Numbered from the stretch's first letter, positions 9,198 to 20,002 are shown. The stretch: 64,000 nt of DNA from Polyangia bacterium (GCA_035549075.1 DASZRT010000009.1:136296-200295), one strand, 5' to 3'. Notes: generated by a model not told the origin, from the letters alone. Program-made: numbers and translations.

Positions 9198-10460
9198 TCA
9201 CGTCGACGGCGCGCCGTCGCGCGGCGCGAGGAGCGCGCGCGGCAACATCGGCACGAAGATCAGCACGGCCGCCGACGAGAGCGCGTTGACCCAAACCAGC
9301 CGGTAGAACGACCAGTGCAGCCCGTCGTAGAGCCACGAGCCCACGACGTCGGAGACGCCGAAGATCGCCAGGTTGCGCACGCTCATGATGAGCGAGTAGC
9401 CGAAGCTCTCGCTGCCCTTCGGCGTCGCGCGCACCGCGAGATCGAAGAGCGGCAAGATCCCCAACATCGCGAGCACGCCGGCCGTGGCGTTGATGACGAA
9501 GGCCGAAGTCTTTCCGGCGAGCGCCAGGTAAAAGAGCGAGCTCGCCGCGTTGAGCGCGATGCCGAGCACGAGCGACACGCGCAGCGGCACGCGCCGGCAC
9601 AGCACGCCGTACGCCACGGCGCCCAGCAGCGCGGCCGCGCCCGCGACGAGATCGAGCCAGCCCATGAACTGCGCGTCGAACTCGAGGACGTCCTGCTGGA
9701 AATAGAGCAGCGGCGTCTGAAATCCCGGCGACACGTAGACGAGGAACGTGAGCCCCGCGGCCGCCCACATCGCGCGCGAGCGCACGATCTCGCGCAGCTG
9801 CGCGCGCGCGGTCGCGAGCGCGGCGTGATCGACGCGCGCGCCGCGCGGCTCTCGCACGAGCAGCAGCGTCGTCGGCACGATCGTGAGCGCGACGGCCGCG
9901 CCGGCGCCGATCGTCCAGCCGAACGCGCGGCTCGCGAGCCACCCGCCGTACGGCCCCGCGACGAGCTGCATGACGCCCGTGAGCCCTTCGCGCATCGCCG
10001 ACAGCCGCCCCGAGGCGCCGTAGCGCTGCCCCGTCTCGACGAGCATGCCGCCCATGACGGTGCTGACGACGACGAGCGCGAGGTTGAGCGCGATCATGAC
10101 GCCCAGCAGCCCCGCGTAAGACGCCGGCACGGCCGCGAACGCGAGCCACATCGCCGTCGCCGCGAGCCCGCCGACGATTAGGTAAGCGCGCCGCCGCGTG
10201 CCGAAGAGCGGCACGGCGTCGCACAGCAGGCCGATCGCCGGCTTCGCGTACCAGGCCAGGTTGGCAAGGCCCCAGAACGCCGCGACCCGCTGCGCCGGCA
10301 GGTGAAGCGAGTTCTTGAGCATGAGCCCGAACGGCAGCCGCCCGATGAGCCCCGGCCACCCGAAGGTCGTCGCGAACAGGGCCACGGCGATGACGGTGAT
10401 GCCCGCGCGCAGCGACGACTCGGCGGGCGCGGCCTCGACGGTCCCATCGGACGTCGCCAT
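9198..10460 (-). CDS. MFS-type membrane transporter
   Basis: About 12 predicted TM segments. Stop lies 18 nt upstream of the phosphodiesterase-like gene start, so the two are probably co-transcribed. Confidence 0.75.
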   Translation of the reverse strand: MATSDGTVEAAPAESSLRAGITVIAVALFATTFGWPGLIGRLPFGLMLKNSLHLPAQRVAAFWGLANLAWYAKPAIGLLCDAVPLFGTRRRAYLIVGGLAATAMWLAFAAVPASYAGLLGVMIALNLALVVVSTVMGGMLVETGQRYGASGRLSAMREGLTGVMQLVAGPYGGWLASRAFGWTIGAGAAVALTIVPTTLLLVREPRGARVDHAALATARAQLREIVRSRAMWAAAGLTFLVYVSPGFQTPLLYFQQDVLEFDAQFMGWLDLVAGAAALLGAVAYGVLCRRVPLRVSLVLGIALNAASSLFYLALAGKTSAFVINATAGVLAMLGILPLFDLAVRATPKGSESFGYSLIMSVRNLAIFGVSDVVGSWLYDGLHWSFYRLVWVNALSSAAVLIFVPMLPRALLAPRDGAPST

Positions 10461-10501
10461 GCGCCGATACTACGGCACATCTGATAGATAGAGGGCGCGC
10501 G

Positions 10502-11281
10502 ATGAAGATCATCACCTGGAACGTCAACGGCGTGCGCGCGCGCGCCGAGCAGGTGGCCGAGCTCATCCAGCGCGAGCAGCCCGACGTGCTGTGCCTCCAG
10601 GAGATCAAGGTCGCGATCGATCACCTGCCCAAGGAGATCGGCGAGGTGCCCGGCTACTTCGCGAAGTGGCACGGCATGAAGGGCTACTCGGGCGTCGCGC
10701 TGCACGTGCGCGAGGCGTTCACGTCGGGCGGCCCGTCGGTGTGGCACCCCGAGTTCGACCACGAGGCGCGCATCGCCGTGGCCGAGATCAAGCGCGTCGC
10801 CGCGCCGCCGGTCCTCGTCGCGTCGATCTACGTGCCCAACGGCGGCAAGGACTTCCCGGCGAAGATCCGCTTCCTCCACGCGCTCACGACGTGGGCCGCG
10901 GAGATCCGCGCGTCGGGCCGCGCGCTCGTGCTGTGCGGCGACTTCAACGTCGCGCGCGCCGAGATCGACGTGCACCCGCGCGAGCGCAACAACCGCCTCA
11001 TGGGCCAGCTGCCCGAGGAGCGCGCGCTGTTCGAGGGGCTGCTCGAGGCGGGCGGCCTGCGCGACGTGGGCCGCGACCTCGACCCGACGAACGACGCGAT
11101 GTACTCGTGGTGGGCGCCGTGGCGCAACATGCGCCAGCGCAACGTCGGGTGGCGCCTCGACTACGTGCTCGCGAGCGCGGCCCTCGCGGCGCGCGCCGTC
11201 TCGTGCCCCGCCGTGCGCGAGTTCGGAACGAGCGACCACGGGCCCGTGATCGCAACTTTTGCGGAAGAGGCCACGTCGTGA
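10502..11281 (+). CDS. xth: exodeoxyribonuclease III (AP endonuclease)
   Basis: MKIITWNVNG, LCLQE, catalytic SDH near the C-terminus. Length 259 aa as for Xth. Confidence 0.9.
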   Translation: MKIITWNVNGVRARAEQVAELIQREQPDVLCLQEIKVAIDHLPKEIGEVPGYFAKWHGMKGYSGVALHVREAFTSGGPSVWHPEFDHEARIAVAEIKRVAAPPVLVASIYVPNGGKDFPAKIRFLHALTTWAAEIRASGRALVLCGDFNVARAEIDVHPRERNNRLMGQLPEERALFEGLLEAGGLRDVGRDLDPTNDAMYSWWAPWRNMRQRNVGWRLDYVLASAALAARAVSCPAVREFGTSDHGPVIATFAEEATS

Positions 11282-11928
11282 GCGCGCCGTATTTGGTCGT
11301 CAGCGACTTCGACGGCACGATCACCGTGGACGATCTCACGAACGTCATCTGGGACGCGCACGTGCCCTACGACTGGCGCGCCGTGCTCACGCCGCTGTCG
11401 CGCGAGGGCGTGCTCACGCCGCTCGAGATGATCGGGCGCGGCTATGGCGACGTCGCGCAGCCACCCGAGGCGCTGCTCGCGGAGATCACGCCGCGCGCGC
11501 GCTGGCGCGAAGGCTTCGAGGCGTTCGTCGCCGACTGCCGCGCGCGACGCTGGCCCTTCGAGGTGCTGAGCCACGGCCTCACCTTCTACATCCGCGCGCT
11601 GCTGCCGCCCGGCATCGCCATCACGGCCTTCGAAGGCTTCTTCCACGGCGGCCGCTGGCGCGTCGAGCTGCCCGCGGGCATGACCGTCCCGCGCGGCGCG
11701 GACTTCAAGGCCCACGTCGTCGCCTCGCTGCGCGCGCGCCACCCCGGCCACACGACCGTCTACGTCGGCGACGGCCGCCTCGACTTCCCCGCGGCGCGCA
11801 CCTGCGAGCGCATCTTCGCCGTCGCCGACAGCACGCTGGCGCGCCTGTGCACCGAGCACCTGATTCCGTTCACGCCGTTCGAGCGCTTCGACGAAATCAC
11901 GGCGGCGCTCGACGGGGCGTCTAGGTAA
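11278..11928 (+). CDS. HAD-superfamily phosphatase (subfamily IB, MtnX/PSP-like)
   Basis: GTG start overlaps the xth stop (GTGA). HAD motif I is VVSDFDGTIT. Motif IV is YVGDGRLD. Confidence 0.7.
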   Translation: MSAPYLVVSDFDGTITVDDLTNVIWDAHVPYDWRAVLTPLSREGVLTPLEMIGRGYGDVAQPPEALLAEITPRARWREGFEAFVADCRARRWPFEVLSHGLTFYIRALLPPGIAITAFEGFFHGGRWRVELPAGMTVPRGADFKAHVVASLRARHPGHTTVYVGDGRLDFPAARTCERIFAVADSTLARLCTEHLIPFTPFERFDEITAALDGASR

Positions 11929-11992
11929 CGTCGAACGATCTCGCGAATCTCCCTGTTGGAGGCCCACGCCGAAACGCTATCGTGGTGACCGG

Positions 11993-13594
11993 ATGATGGG
12001 GCGGGTGCAAAGAGGTCGATCGGACCGGGGCACGATACGGCTCGCGTGGGCCCTCGCGTGGCTGAGCGCCGCCGCGTCGGCGTGCTCGGGCCCTCGCTTC
12101 GCCGGCAACTATCCGTCCGAGGGCGCCGGCGACGCGGGCGCCGACGCGAGCGCTCGTCTCGGCTTCGACACGAATCCAGCCGCCGCGCCGACGTGCCGGA
12201 TCACCTCACCCGTCCTCGGCGACAGCCACGTCGCCCTCAACGGCATGCCCGCCGCGCAGGGCGGCGATCGCACGAGCGCGCCCGGCGCGCCCTACACCGT
12301 CGCGTTCGAGGTGACGACGAGCGTGCCCAACGACCAATCCGTCGAGCTCGACGTCAGCGACGGCGCGACGCCGCCGCACGTCGCGACGTACACGGCGAAG
12401 GCCACGAACGGCAAGGCGACGTTCCCCGCGGTGCCGCTCGCGGACGGCGGCGTGTACGAGATCTCGGCGCGCTGCCTCGACGCCGACGGCGACGTCGGGC
12501 TCGCGAGCCCCGTCACGTACCCCGTCGACGCGAAGCCGCCGACGCTCACCATCGTGGGCCCGAACGCCGGCGAAGCGATCCCGCTCTCGGGCCTCACCGA
12601 CGGCGCGTTCCCCGTGTGCGTGAAGACGAGCTCGCCCGACGCCGTGAACCTTCCCGCGTCGCTCGGCGCGAGCATGGCGAACTTCTGCGCCGGCACGAAC
12701 GGCCGGCCGACCTGCACGACGGTCCTCGCGACGGGCGACGAGGCTTGCGTGAACCTGCCCTGCCCCGGCGACGCCCCCTTCGAGATCATGATCTCGCTCG
12801 CCGACGCCGCCGGCAACGCCGAGCAGACGACGCTCGAGGGCGTGACCTGCTCCTCGACCTTGCCGGCGGTGCAGATCGTGACGCCCGACTCGGACGCGCC
12901 ACCGTTCGCCGACGTCTCGAAGCGGCTGCTCGCGGCGACGGCGTCCCAGCCGCTGCACGATCTCGCGGCGACGACGGCGGGCGCGCAGAGCGACGTCGTC
13001 GCGTGCGCGAGCCGTAAGGGCACGATGACGCTCCTCGCGGGGCTCGCCGGCGATGCGCTCGCGCCCTTGGGCGCCGCGGTCGCGACGCGCGCCGCGACCA
13101 CCGCCGACGGCTGCCCGGCTGGGCTGCCCTTCGTCGCGACGTTCGCGGGGGCGACGCTGCCCGAGAGCGCCGAGGACGCGCTCACGAAGCTCGTGACGCC
13201 GACCGAGCTGCGCGCCGACTTCGCCGACCTCTCGGGTACGAAGAACAGCAGCCCGGTCGTCCACCTCTGGGTCGACTCCATCGCGCCCGTGCTGCAGCTC
13301 GTGTCGCCCACCGACATCTGCGGCAGCGTCCACGCGCCCGACGCGGCCACGTCATCCGGGACCTTCACGACGGACGAGGCGGTGACGTCGACCGCTCCCA
13401 TCGTGACGCTCACGCTCACGACCGACGACTTCACGGAGAACTTCGCCTCGACGACGTTCATGTCGATGACCTTCTCGGTCGTGTTCCCGCCGGGCGCGAC
13501 CGAGCAGTCGGGGACGGCGCGCGACGCCGCGGGCAACGTCAGCGCGCTCGAGCCCGCTCCTTGCACCGTGACCGTCGGCCCCGAGATGCACTAG
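11993..13594 (+). CDS. hypothetical secreted lipoprotein
   Basis: Signal peptide with lipobox (AAASAC). Thr/Ala/Pro-rich. No known motif. Confidence 0.55.
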   Translation: MMGRVQRGRSDRGTIRLAWALAWLSAAASACSGPRFAGNYPSEGAGDAGADASARLGFDTNPAAAPTCRITSPVLGDSHVALNGMPAAQGGDRTSAPGAPYTVAFEVTTSVPNDQSVELDVSDGATPPHVATYTAKATNGKATFPAVPLADGGVYEISARCLDADGDVGLASPVTYPVDAKPPTLTIVGPNAGEAIPLSGLTDGAFPVCVKTSSPDAVNLPASLGASMANFCAGTNGRPTCTTVLATGDEACVNLPCPGDAPFEIMISLADAAGNAEQTTLEGVTCSSTLPAVQIVTPDSDAPPFADVSKRLLAATASQPLHDLAATTAGAQSDVVACASRKGTMTLLAGLAGDALAPLGAAVATRAATTADGCPAGLPFVATFAGATLPESAEDALTKLVTPTELRADFADLSGTKNSSPVVHLWVDSIAPVLQLVSPTDICGSVHAPDAATSSGTFTTDEAVTSTAPIVTLTLTTDDFTENFASTTFMSMTFSVVFPPGATEQSGTARDAAGNVSALEPAPCTVTVGPEMH

Positions 13595-13604
13595 ACTGCG
13601 CGCC

Positions 13605-14120
<516 letters not shown>

Positions 14121-14138
14121 CGACCGTCGAGAGCCGCT

Positions 14139-14648
14139 CTAATCCAGCGGCTCTCCTGCGTTCACGTACATGGGCGCGGCGGGCTCGAGCTCGTCGGACG
14201 GAGGCGGCTCGAGGGCGTCGAGCTTCGAGCCGAGCGCCTTCCAGAAGCCTTTGGCGATCGCTTTGCCGAGGCCTTTCGGCGCGGCGCTCACCGACCAGCG
14301 GCCTTGCACGGACCCGGTCGCGCCGTCCCACACCAAGAAGGTGATCGCGGCGCGGTGGCGGCCCTCTTCGAGGTCGGCGGTCACGAAAGCGGTGAGCTTG
14401 TTGTCGCGCGCGAGCTCGGGGTACTGGCCCGTGCCGCTGACGCGCGCGAGGTTGGCGACGGCGCGGTAGCCGTGCCCGCGCAGCAAGCGCGCGATCTGAC
14501 CGCGCACCGATTCCCCGTGCTCGCCCTCGATGGGCTGCACCGACACGCGCGCGCCCGCGTGCGCCGGCTGCGCGACCGCGGGCGTCGCCGAGAGAGCGGC
14601 GAGAAACACGAACGACAGAGCGCCTGCGGCGGCGTGGGGGATCCGCAT
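14139..14648 (-). CDS. hypothetical secreted protein
   Basis: Signal peptide MRIPHAAAGALSFVFLAALSATPAVAQP. Composition is protein-like. Confidence 0.5.
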   Translation of the reverse strand: MRIPHAAAGALSFVFLAALSATPAVAQPAHAGARVSVQPIEGEHGESVRGQIARLLRGHGYRAVANLARVSGTGQYPELARDNKLTAFVTADLEEGRHRAAITFLVWDGATGSVQGRWSVSAAPKGLGKAIAKGFWKALGSKLDALEPPPSDELEPAAPMYVNAGEPLD

Positions 14649-14717
14649 GGGACCGCCATCATCGACGGAAATCGCCCTGAACGCGGGCGATCGCGGGCGC
14701 TAGAATGCACGGGTGCG

Positions 14718-15377
14718 ATGAGCACCGTCATTGTCGGAGATGTGCACGGCTGCCTCGACGAGCTGCGCGCGCTGGTCGAAAAGTGCGGCGGCGCCGCCTC
14801 GTCGCGCGTCGTCCTCGTCGGGGATCTCGTCGCCAAGGGCCCGGATTCGCAGGGCGTCTTGCAGTGGGTGCGCGAGTCCGGCGCGCGCGCCGTGCTCGGC
14901 AACCACGACGCGCACGTCTTGAAATTGCGCGACCGCGAAAAGCGCGCCGAGAGCCAGAAGTCCGAGCACGTCGCCGTCGCCGAGTCGCTGGGCCGCGCCG
15001 ATTGGGAACTCTTGGCGGCGCTGCCGCTTTGGCTCGAGCTCGACGGCGACGCGGCTGATCACCTCGTCGTGCACGCGGGCCTCGTGCCCGGCGTGCCGCT
15101 CGAACAGCAAGAGCGCGGCAACCTGATCAACCTGCGCAGCATCGCCGCCGACGGCACGCCCTCGAAGAAGATCGAAGGCGTGCCGTGGGCCTCGAAGTGG
15201 CGAGGACCGCCGCACGTCGTCTTCGGACACGACGCCGTGCGCGGACTGCAACGGCACAAGTGGGCAACCGGCCTCGACACGGGCTGCGTCTACGGCCGCG
15301 AGCTCACGGCGCTGGTCCTGCCCGCGGGCGAGCTCGTCTCCGTGCCCGCCCGCCGGGCCTATACGCCCATCAAGTGA
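14718..15377 (+). CDS. metallophosphoesterase of the ApaH/PrpE family (bis(5'-nucleosyl)-tetraphosphatase or Ser/Thr phosphatase-like)
   Basis: VIVGDVHGCLDEL (GDxHG), GDLVAKGPDS (GDxxDRG-like) and GNHD motifs of calcineurin-like phosphoesterases. Confidence 0.75.
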   Translation: MSTVIVGDVHGCLDELRALVEKCGGAASSRVVLVGDLVAKGPDSQGVLQWVRESGARAVLGNHDAHVLKLRDREKRAESQKSEHVAVAESLGRADWELLAALPLWLELDGDAADHLVVHAGLVPGVPLEQQERGNLINLRSIAADGTPSKKIEGVPWASKWRGPPHVVFGHDAVRGLQRHKWATGLDTGCVYGRELTALVLPAGELVSVPARRAYTPIK

Positions 15378-16635
15378 CGTCGCCGCGCGGGCGCAGCCAG
15401 GCCACGGCCGCGACGACGTTCAGGCAGCCCGCGAGCACGAACACCGCGGGGTAGCCGACGCGCTCGGCGGCGAGGCCGACGACGAGCACGCTCGAGATGC
15501 CCAGGTTCATGGCGCCGTTGCCGAGCGCGAGCACGCGCGCGCGCGCCGCGGGCGGCACGCCGCCGATGAGCAGCGCCATGAGCGACGGGTACGCGGCGCC
15601 GTGCGCGAGGCCGAAGCCCGCGCCCACGAGCACGAGGTGCGCCGGCCCCGCGAACGCCGCGACGATGACCATGCCGCCGTAGGCGATCGAGCTGCCGAAG
15701 GCGACGCGCGCCGGCCCGATGCGATCGGCGAGTCGCGCGCCGAGCAAGCGCACGACGAGCGCGGCCACCGTGTACGCGACGAAGAACCCACGCACGACGT
15801 GCACGTCGCGTGTGAGCGCGAACGGCGCGATGAACGTGAACATCACGGCCCAGCACAGGCCGCCCACGACGAAGGCGCCGTAGACGCGCGCGCGCGACCA
15901 TGCGTCGAAGGCGGCGTCGCGCGCGGGCGCGGGCCGCCCGTGCGAAGAGGCGTTGGGCAAGCGCCGCGCGATCACCGCGGCGATCACCGCCGCCACCGTC
16001 GCGAACGCGTACATCGCGCGCGCCCCCCAGCGCTCGGCCAGCGGCTCGGCGAGCGCGGGCCCGACCGCGTTCATCGCGAGCGCCGCGGCGCCGAACACGC
16101 CGATGCCCTGCGCGAGCCGCGCCGCCGGCACGAGGTCGGCGACGAGCGCGACGCCCGCCGCGAACGAGATCGACCACGCGACGCCCTGCAGCCCGCGCAG
16201 CGCGGCCGCGGGCGCTCCCGCGCCGCGTACGAACGAAAAGCCGATCGCCGTCGCCGCGAGCAGCAGCGCCGAAGCCGCGAGCGCGCGCCGGTGGCCGAGC
16301 CCCTCGACGGCGCGCCCCACGAACGAGATCGCGATCAGGCTCGCGATCCCGAACGCCGCCATGACGATCCCGATCTGCCGCGGCGTCGCCGCGAAGTCGG
16401 CGGCGAGCACCTTCGGCAGCAGCGTGAAGATCGACGACGCGAGCCCCATCGTCGCCTGCACGACCAGCAAGCGCGCAAACGGACGCGTCATGAGGTGCCC
16501 CTCGCCCACGACGTCGTTCGCGGGCGCGGGCGCCTCGGTCAAGATGACGGCTTCGGCCTCGGGCTCTCTCTCTCGGACGGCGGACATGCCTCGCTCCAGG
16601 CTCGGGGTTGAACCCGCCGGAGCGAAGGAGACCAC
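15370..16635 (-). CDS. MFS transporter (exact start uncertain, internal Met candidates at about 16587/16491)
   Basis: 12-TM topology and Ala/Gly-rich helices typical of MFS. Convergent with the ApaH-like gene. Confidence 0.7.
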   Translation of the reverse strand: MVSFAPAGSTPSLERGMSAVREREPEAEAVILTEAPAPANDVVGEGHLMTRPFARLLVVQATMGLASSIFTLLPKVLAADFAATPRQIGIVMAAFGIASLIAISFVGRAVEGLGHRRALAASALLLAATAIGFSFVRGAGAPAAALRGLQGVAWSISFAAGVALVADLVPAARLAQGIGVFGAAALAMNAVGPALAEPLAERWGARAMYAFATVAAVIAAVIARRLPNASSHGRPAPARDAAFDAWSRARVYGAFVVGGLCWAVMFTFIAPFALTRDVHVVRGFFVAYTVAALVVRLLGARLADRIGPARVAFGSSIAYGGMVIVAAFAGPAHLVLVGAGFGLAHGAAYPSLMALLIGGVPPAARARVLALGNGAMNLGISSVLVVGLAAERVGYPAVFVLAGCLNVVAAVAWLRPRGDVT

Positions 16636-16814
16636 CGCGGTCCCTCTCCCCGGCAGGCGGGAAGAGGGTCGACTTGGCGGCTAGTGATTAGCCCGTGCAC
16701 GCTCTCCCACGCGCGTCGTCTGCTTCATGACGACGCGGGCGTCGCAAACGCGACGCGAAGGGAGAATGCGGTACGTGGCCATCGAGCGGTCAGATTGCGC
16801 CCTCGCCGCGAACG

Positions 16815-17471
16815 TTGTCAACTAGGTCGCTTCCCGTGGCCGCAGCCTTTCACGAAGGTTCCGACGACCTTTACGCCGTGCTCGGTGTCGAGCGGACCGC
16901 CGCCGCCGGCGAGATCCGCCGCGCCTACCGGCGGCTCGCGCTGCGCCTGCACCCCGATCGCGCGGGCGTCGCGAGCACCGAAAGGTTCCTGCGCGTCGCG
17001 GAGGCTTATCGCGTGCTGTCCGACGCCGCCGCGCGCGCGTCCTACGACGCGGTGACGGCGCCCGCGCGCCTGCCCGTCGCGGCGGCGGTCGTCTCCGCGA
17101 ACGCGCTCCACGTCATCGCGCGGCTCGCGGCGCCGCTCGAGGCGCTGCTCGCGCGTGGCATCGCGCGCCGGCGCGCCGACGGCGTCGTCGAAGTCTCCCT
17201 CTTGCCCGACGAGGCGCGCACGGGTGGCCACGCCGCGATCGGCGTCCCGCTGCGCGTCCCCTGCCCCACCTGCGGCGGCTGCGCGCAGCCCGGGCAGCTG
17301 TGGTGCCGGCGCTGCGAGTTCGCCGGCGCGATCGACGACGTCGTCACGGTGACGCTCGCGATCCCCGCGGGTGTCCCCGACGGCACCACCTTCTCGGTCC
17401 CCCTCGACGACGTCCACGGCGCGAGCACGATGCGCGTGTGCCTGCGCGCGCCGCGCGCCGCAAAGTGGTGA
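16815..17471 (+). CDS. J-domain (DnaJ-like) protein with C-terminal CxxC...CxxC zinc-finger-like segment
   Basis: DLYAVLGV...EIRRAYRRLALRLHPDR (HPD motif). CPTCGGC...CRRCEFAG. TTG start as in the ORF track. Confidence 0.65.
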   Translation: MSTRSLPVAAAFHEGSDDLYAVLGVERTAAAGEIRRAYRRLALRLHPDRAGVASTERFLRVAEAYRVLSDAAARASYDAVTAPARLPVAAAVVSANALHVIARLAAPLEALLARGIARRRADGVVEVSLLPDEARTGGHAAIGVPLRVPCPTCGGCAQPGQLWCRRCEFAGAIDDVVTVTLAIPAGVPDGTTFSVPLDDVHGASTMRVCLRAPRAAKW

Positions 17472-17502
17472 GCGCGCGCGCCGCGTGATACGCAAGGGGT
17501 CG

Positions 17503-17859
17503 ATGACGAACCTCCGCACGTGCGCCGCGCTCGGCCTCGCGCTCGCAACGGGCGGGTGCTCGTTCAAGCTCGTGCGCCCGTCGCCGCCCCGGTCGGAGTG
17601 GCCCGAGCCCGTCACGATCCACTCGTCGCAAGCGAAGTGCACATCGACCGTCGCGCCGCCGGTCATCGACGGGACGATCGCGATCGGACTCGGCACGCTG
17701 TCCTACGTCGAGCGCAACGCGCGCTCGCAGTGGTTCACGCCCATCGCGGGCCTCGCCGCGATCCCGTACGCGCTGTCGGCGATCTATGGCGCCTACATGG
17801 TCGAGCGCTGCCGCGCCTACGACGACCACTTCGCCGACGTCCAGCCGACCCAGCCGTGA
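17503..17859 (+). CDS. small lipoprotein, hypothetical
   Basis: ATG at 17503 gives MTNLRTCAALGLALATGGCS (lipobox). Ends before a strong terminator. Confidence 0.5.
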   Translation: MTNLRTCAALGLALATGGCSFKLVRPSPPRSEWPEPVTIHSSQAKCTSTVAPPVIDGTIAIGLGTLSYVERNARSQWFTPIAGLAAIPYALSAIYGAYMVERCRAYDDHFADVQPTQP

Positions 17860-17892
17860 CAGAGGCCGTCGAAGACGGCCGCACAAAAAACG

Positions 17893-17927
17893 AACGGCGC
17901 GCCGCCGGTGAAGGCGTGCGCGCCGTT
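17893..17927. terminator. bidirectional rho-independent terminator between convergent genes
   Basis: Perfect 10-bp GC stem AACGGCGCGC...GCGCGCCGTT. A-run lies on the 5' side and T-rich tgtcttgtt on the 3' side. Confidence 0.6.
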
Positions 17928-17955
17928 TGTCTTGTTCGTGTGTGTCTAGCGAGCG

Positions 17956-18354
17956 CTACCAGCGATCGCGACGGCCGCCGCCGCCGCCACCACCACCGTA
18001 GCCGCCGCCACCGCCGCCGCCGCCACCGTAGCCGCCGCGGCCACCGCCGCCGCCGCCGCCGTAGCCGCCACGGCCGCCGCCGCCGCCACCACCGCCGCTG
18101 CCACCGCGGCGCTCCTCGGCCTCTTTGACGGCGACCGGACGGCCGCCAACGTCACGACCGTCGAGCTCGGCGATCGCCTTCTTCGCCTCGGCGTCGTTCG
18201 ACATCTCGACGAAGCCAAAGCCGCGCGGACGGCCCGTCTCGCGATCCATCACGATCTTCGCCTCGGTCACGGTGCCAATCGGCGAGAAGAGGTCGCGGAG
18301 CTCGAGCTCGGTCACGCTGTAGGGCAGATTGCCCACGTAGAGTCGGTTACCCAT
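17956..18354 (-). CDS. RRM-type glycine-rich RNA-binding protein
   Basis: RNP2 LYVGNL and RNP1 RGFGFVEM. C-terminal (GGGGGGRGGY)n tail. Preceded by a roughly 195-nt untranslated leader. Confidence 0.9.
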   Translation of the reverse strand: MGNRLYVGNLPYSVTELELRDLFSPIGTVTEAKIVMDRETGRPRGFGFVEMSNDAEAKKAIAELDGRDVGGRPVAVKEAEERRGGSGGGGGGGGRGGYGGGGGGGRGGYGGGGGGGGGYGGGGGGGGRRDRW

Positions 18355-18550
18355 TTTCGTTCTTTCCTCGTGTCAGTGTCAGTGTCGACGGAGCTGCCGT
18401 CTGCAGTACCCTCAAGCATTCCGGTCACCGATGCGTGTCGCGCGCCCCAGGGGGAAGGGAGCGACTGTCGAACGAAACGAGGACGAGACCGAGAAGGATG
18501 TGAAGCGAGACTAGCGCCTTCACCGTGGGGTGCGCCAGTCCAAATTCGAA

Positions 18551-20002
18551 TCATACCTGAACCGACTTCCACCTACCTCTACGAAAAAGCGCGACGCCGA
18601 GCACGGCCACGAGCGAAAAGGCCGCGGCGATGGCGATGAAAATGCCCGTGGGCCCGAGGCCGGCCGGGCGCGAAAGCACGTAGGCCGCGGGGATCTCCCA
18701 GACCCAGAAGCACACGAGGTTGATGCGCATGGGCGTCTTCGTGTCGCCCGCGCCGTTGAAGGCCTGCGTGACGACCATGCCGTAGGCATAGAAGAAGAAG
18801 CCGCACGCGACGATTCGCAGGCAGCGCCCGCCCGCCTCGACGACCTCGGGCACCGGGGTGAAGAGACGGATGACCTGCGGCGCGAAGACGGCGAGCACGA
18901 CGCCCACGCAGCCTAGGAACACGAAGTTGTAAAAAGCTGCGCGCCACACGGCTTGCTCGCCGCGCTCGGGCTGCTTCGCGCCCAGGTTTTGCCCGACGAG
19001 CGTCGCCGCCGCGTTGCCGAGCCCCCACGCCGGCAGCAGCGCGAACATGACGACGCGGAACGCGATGCCGTAGCCCGCGATCACCGAGCTGCCGAACGGC
19101 GAGACCAGCTTCATGAGGACGATCCAGCTGGCCATGCCTACGAACATCTGCACGGCCCCGCTGCGCGACAGCCGCAGGATCGTCCGCGCCGTCTCGCCGC
19201 TCACGCGCCACTCGGCGCGCGTGACGCGCAGGCGGCCGCGCGCCGCCGCGAGCGCGCGCAGCTGGTAGAGCACGCCGACGCCGCGCCCGATCGTCGTCGC
19301 GACGGCCGCGCCCGTGACGCCGAGGCGAGGGAACGGCCCGATTCCGAAGATGAAGCACGGCCCGAGCGCGATGTTGATGGCGTTGGCGAGCCACAGCGTG
19401 CGCATCGTGATCGAGGCGTCGCCGGCGCCGCGGAAGGCGGCGTTGATGACGAACAAGAGCAGGATCGTCGCCGAGCCGCCGATCATGACGCGCGGGAAGG
19501 TCGCGCCCAGCGCGACGACGGCGGGCGACGCGCCCATGACGGCGAGCAGCCGCGGTCCGAGCAGCGCGCCCGCGAGGCCGAGCACGGCCGAGATCGAGAC
19601 GCCGAGGATGATCGCCTGCACGGCGCCCACGGCCGCGCCCGCCGTGTCCTTCGCGCCCGTGCGGCGCGCGACGACGGCGCCCGTGCCCATCGCGAGGCCC
19701 ATGGCCGTCGTGTAGACGATCGTCATGAACGTCTCGGTCATGGCGACGACGGTGACGGCGTCGGGGCCCAGCTTCGAGACCCAGAAGATGTCGGCGATCG
19801 CGAAGATCGACTCCATGATCATCTCGAGCACCATCGGCACGGCCAGCAGGAGGATCGCGCGGCCGAGCGCCTCGCGCGTGAGATCGCGGCGCGAGCCCGC
19901 GAGCGCTTCGCGCACGATCGCCCAGAAGCTCGCGGACGCGGCGGGCACGGTTTCGGACATGGCTGGCTTTTCAGGCATAGCTATCGCGTCGGGAGCGGAC
20001 AT
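18551..20002 (-). CDS. MATE-family multidrug/oligosaccharide efflux transporter (start may be one of the internal Met at about 19978/19960)
   Basis: 12 TM helices. MATE-like blocks (LLLAVPMVLEMIMESIF..., NAAFRGAGD, FNGAGDTKTPM). Confidence 0.85.
   Translation of the reverse strand: MSAPDAIAMPEKPAMSETVPAASASFWAIVREALAGSRRDLTREALGRAILLLAVPMVLEMIMESIFAIADIFWVSKLGPDAVTVVAMTETFMTIVYTTAMGLAMGTGAVVARRTGAKDTAGAAVGAVQAIILGVSISAVLGLAGALLGPRLLAVMGASPAVVALGATFPRVMIGGSATILLLFVINAAFRGAGDASITMRTLWLANAINIALGPCFIFGIGPFPRLGVTGAAVATTIGRGVGVLYQLRALAAARGRLRVTRAEWRVSGETARTILRLSRSGAVQMFVGMASWIVLMKLVSPFGSSVIAGYGIAFRVVMFALLPAWGLGNAAATLVGQNLGAKQPERGEQAVWRAAFYNFVFLGCVGVVLAVFAPQVIRLFTPVPEVVEAGGRCLRIVACGFFFYAYGMVVTQAFNGAGDTKTPMRINLVCFWVWEIPAAYVLSRPAGLGPTGIFIAIAAAFSLVAVLGVALFRRGRWKSVQV

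Noticed and set aside
6949-9306. 785-aa plus-strand ORF opposite the phosphodiesterase-like gene
   Set aside because: Arg/Ala/Gly-dominated, with no hydrophobic core or motifs. A typical high-GC antisense shadow ORF. The minus-strand frame carries a lipobox and a family motif.
18536-18562. TTCGAAT T-loop-like sequence suggesting a tRNA
   Set aside because: Flanking bases cannot form a T-stem on either strand. No acceptor or anticodon arms. It overlaps the MATE stop codon region.
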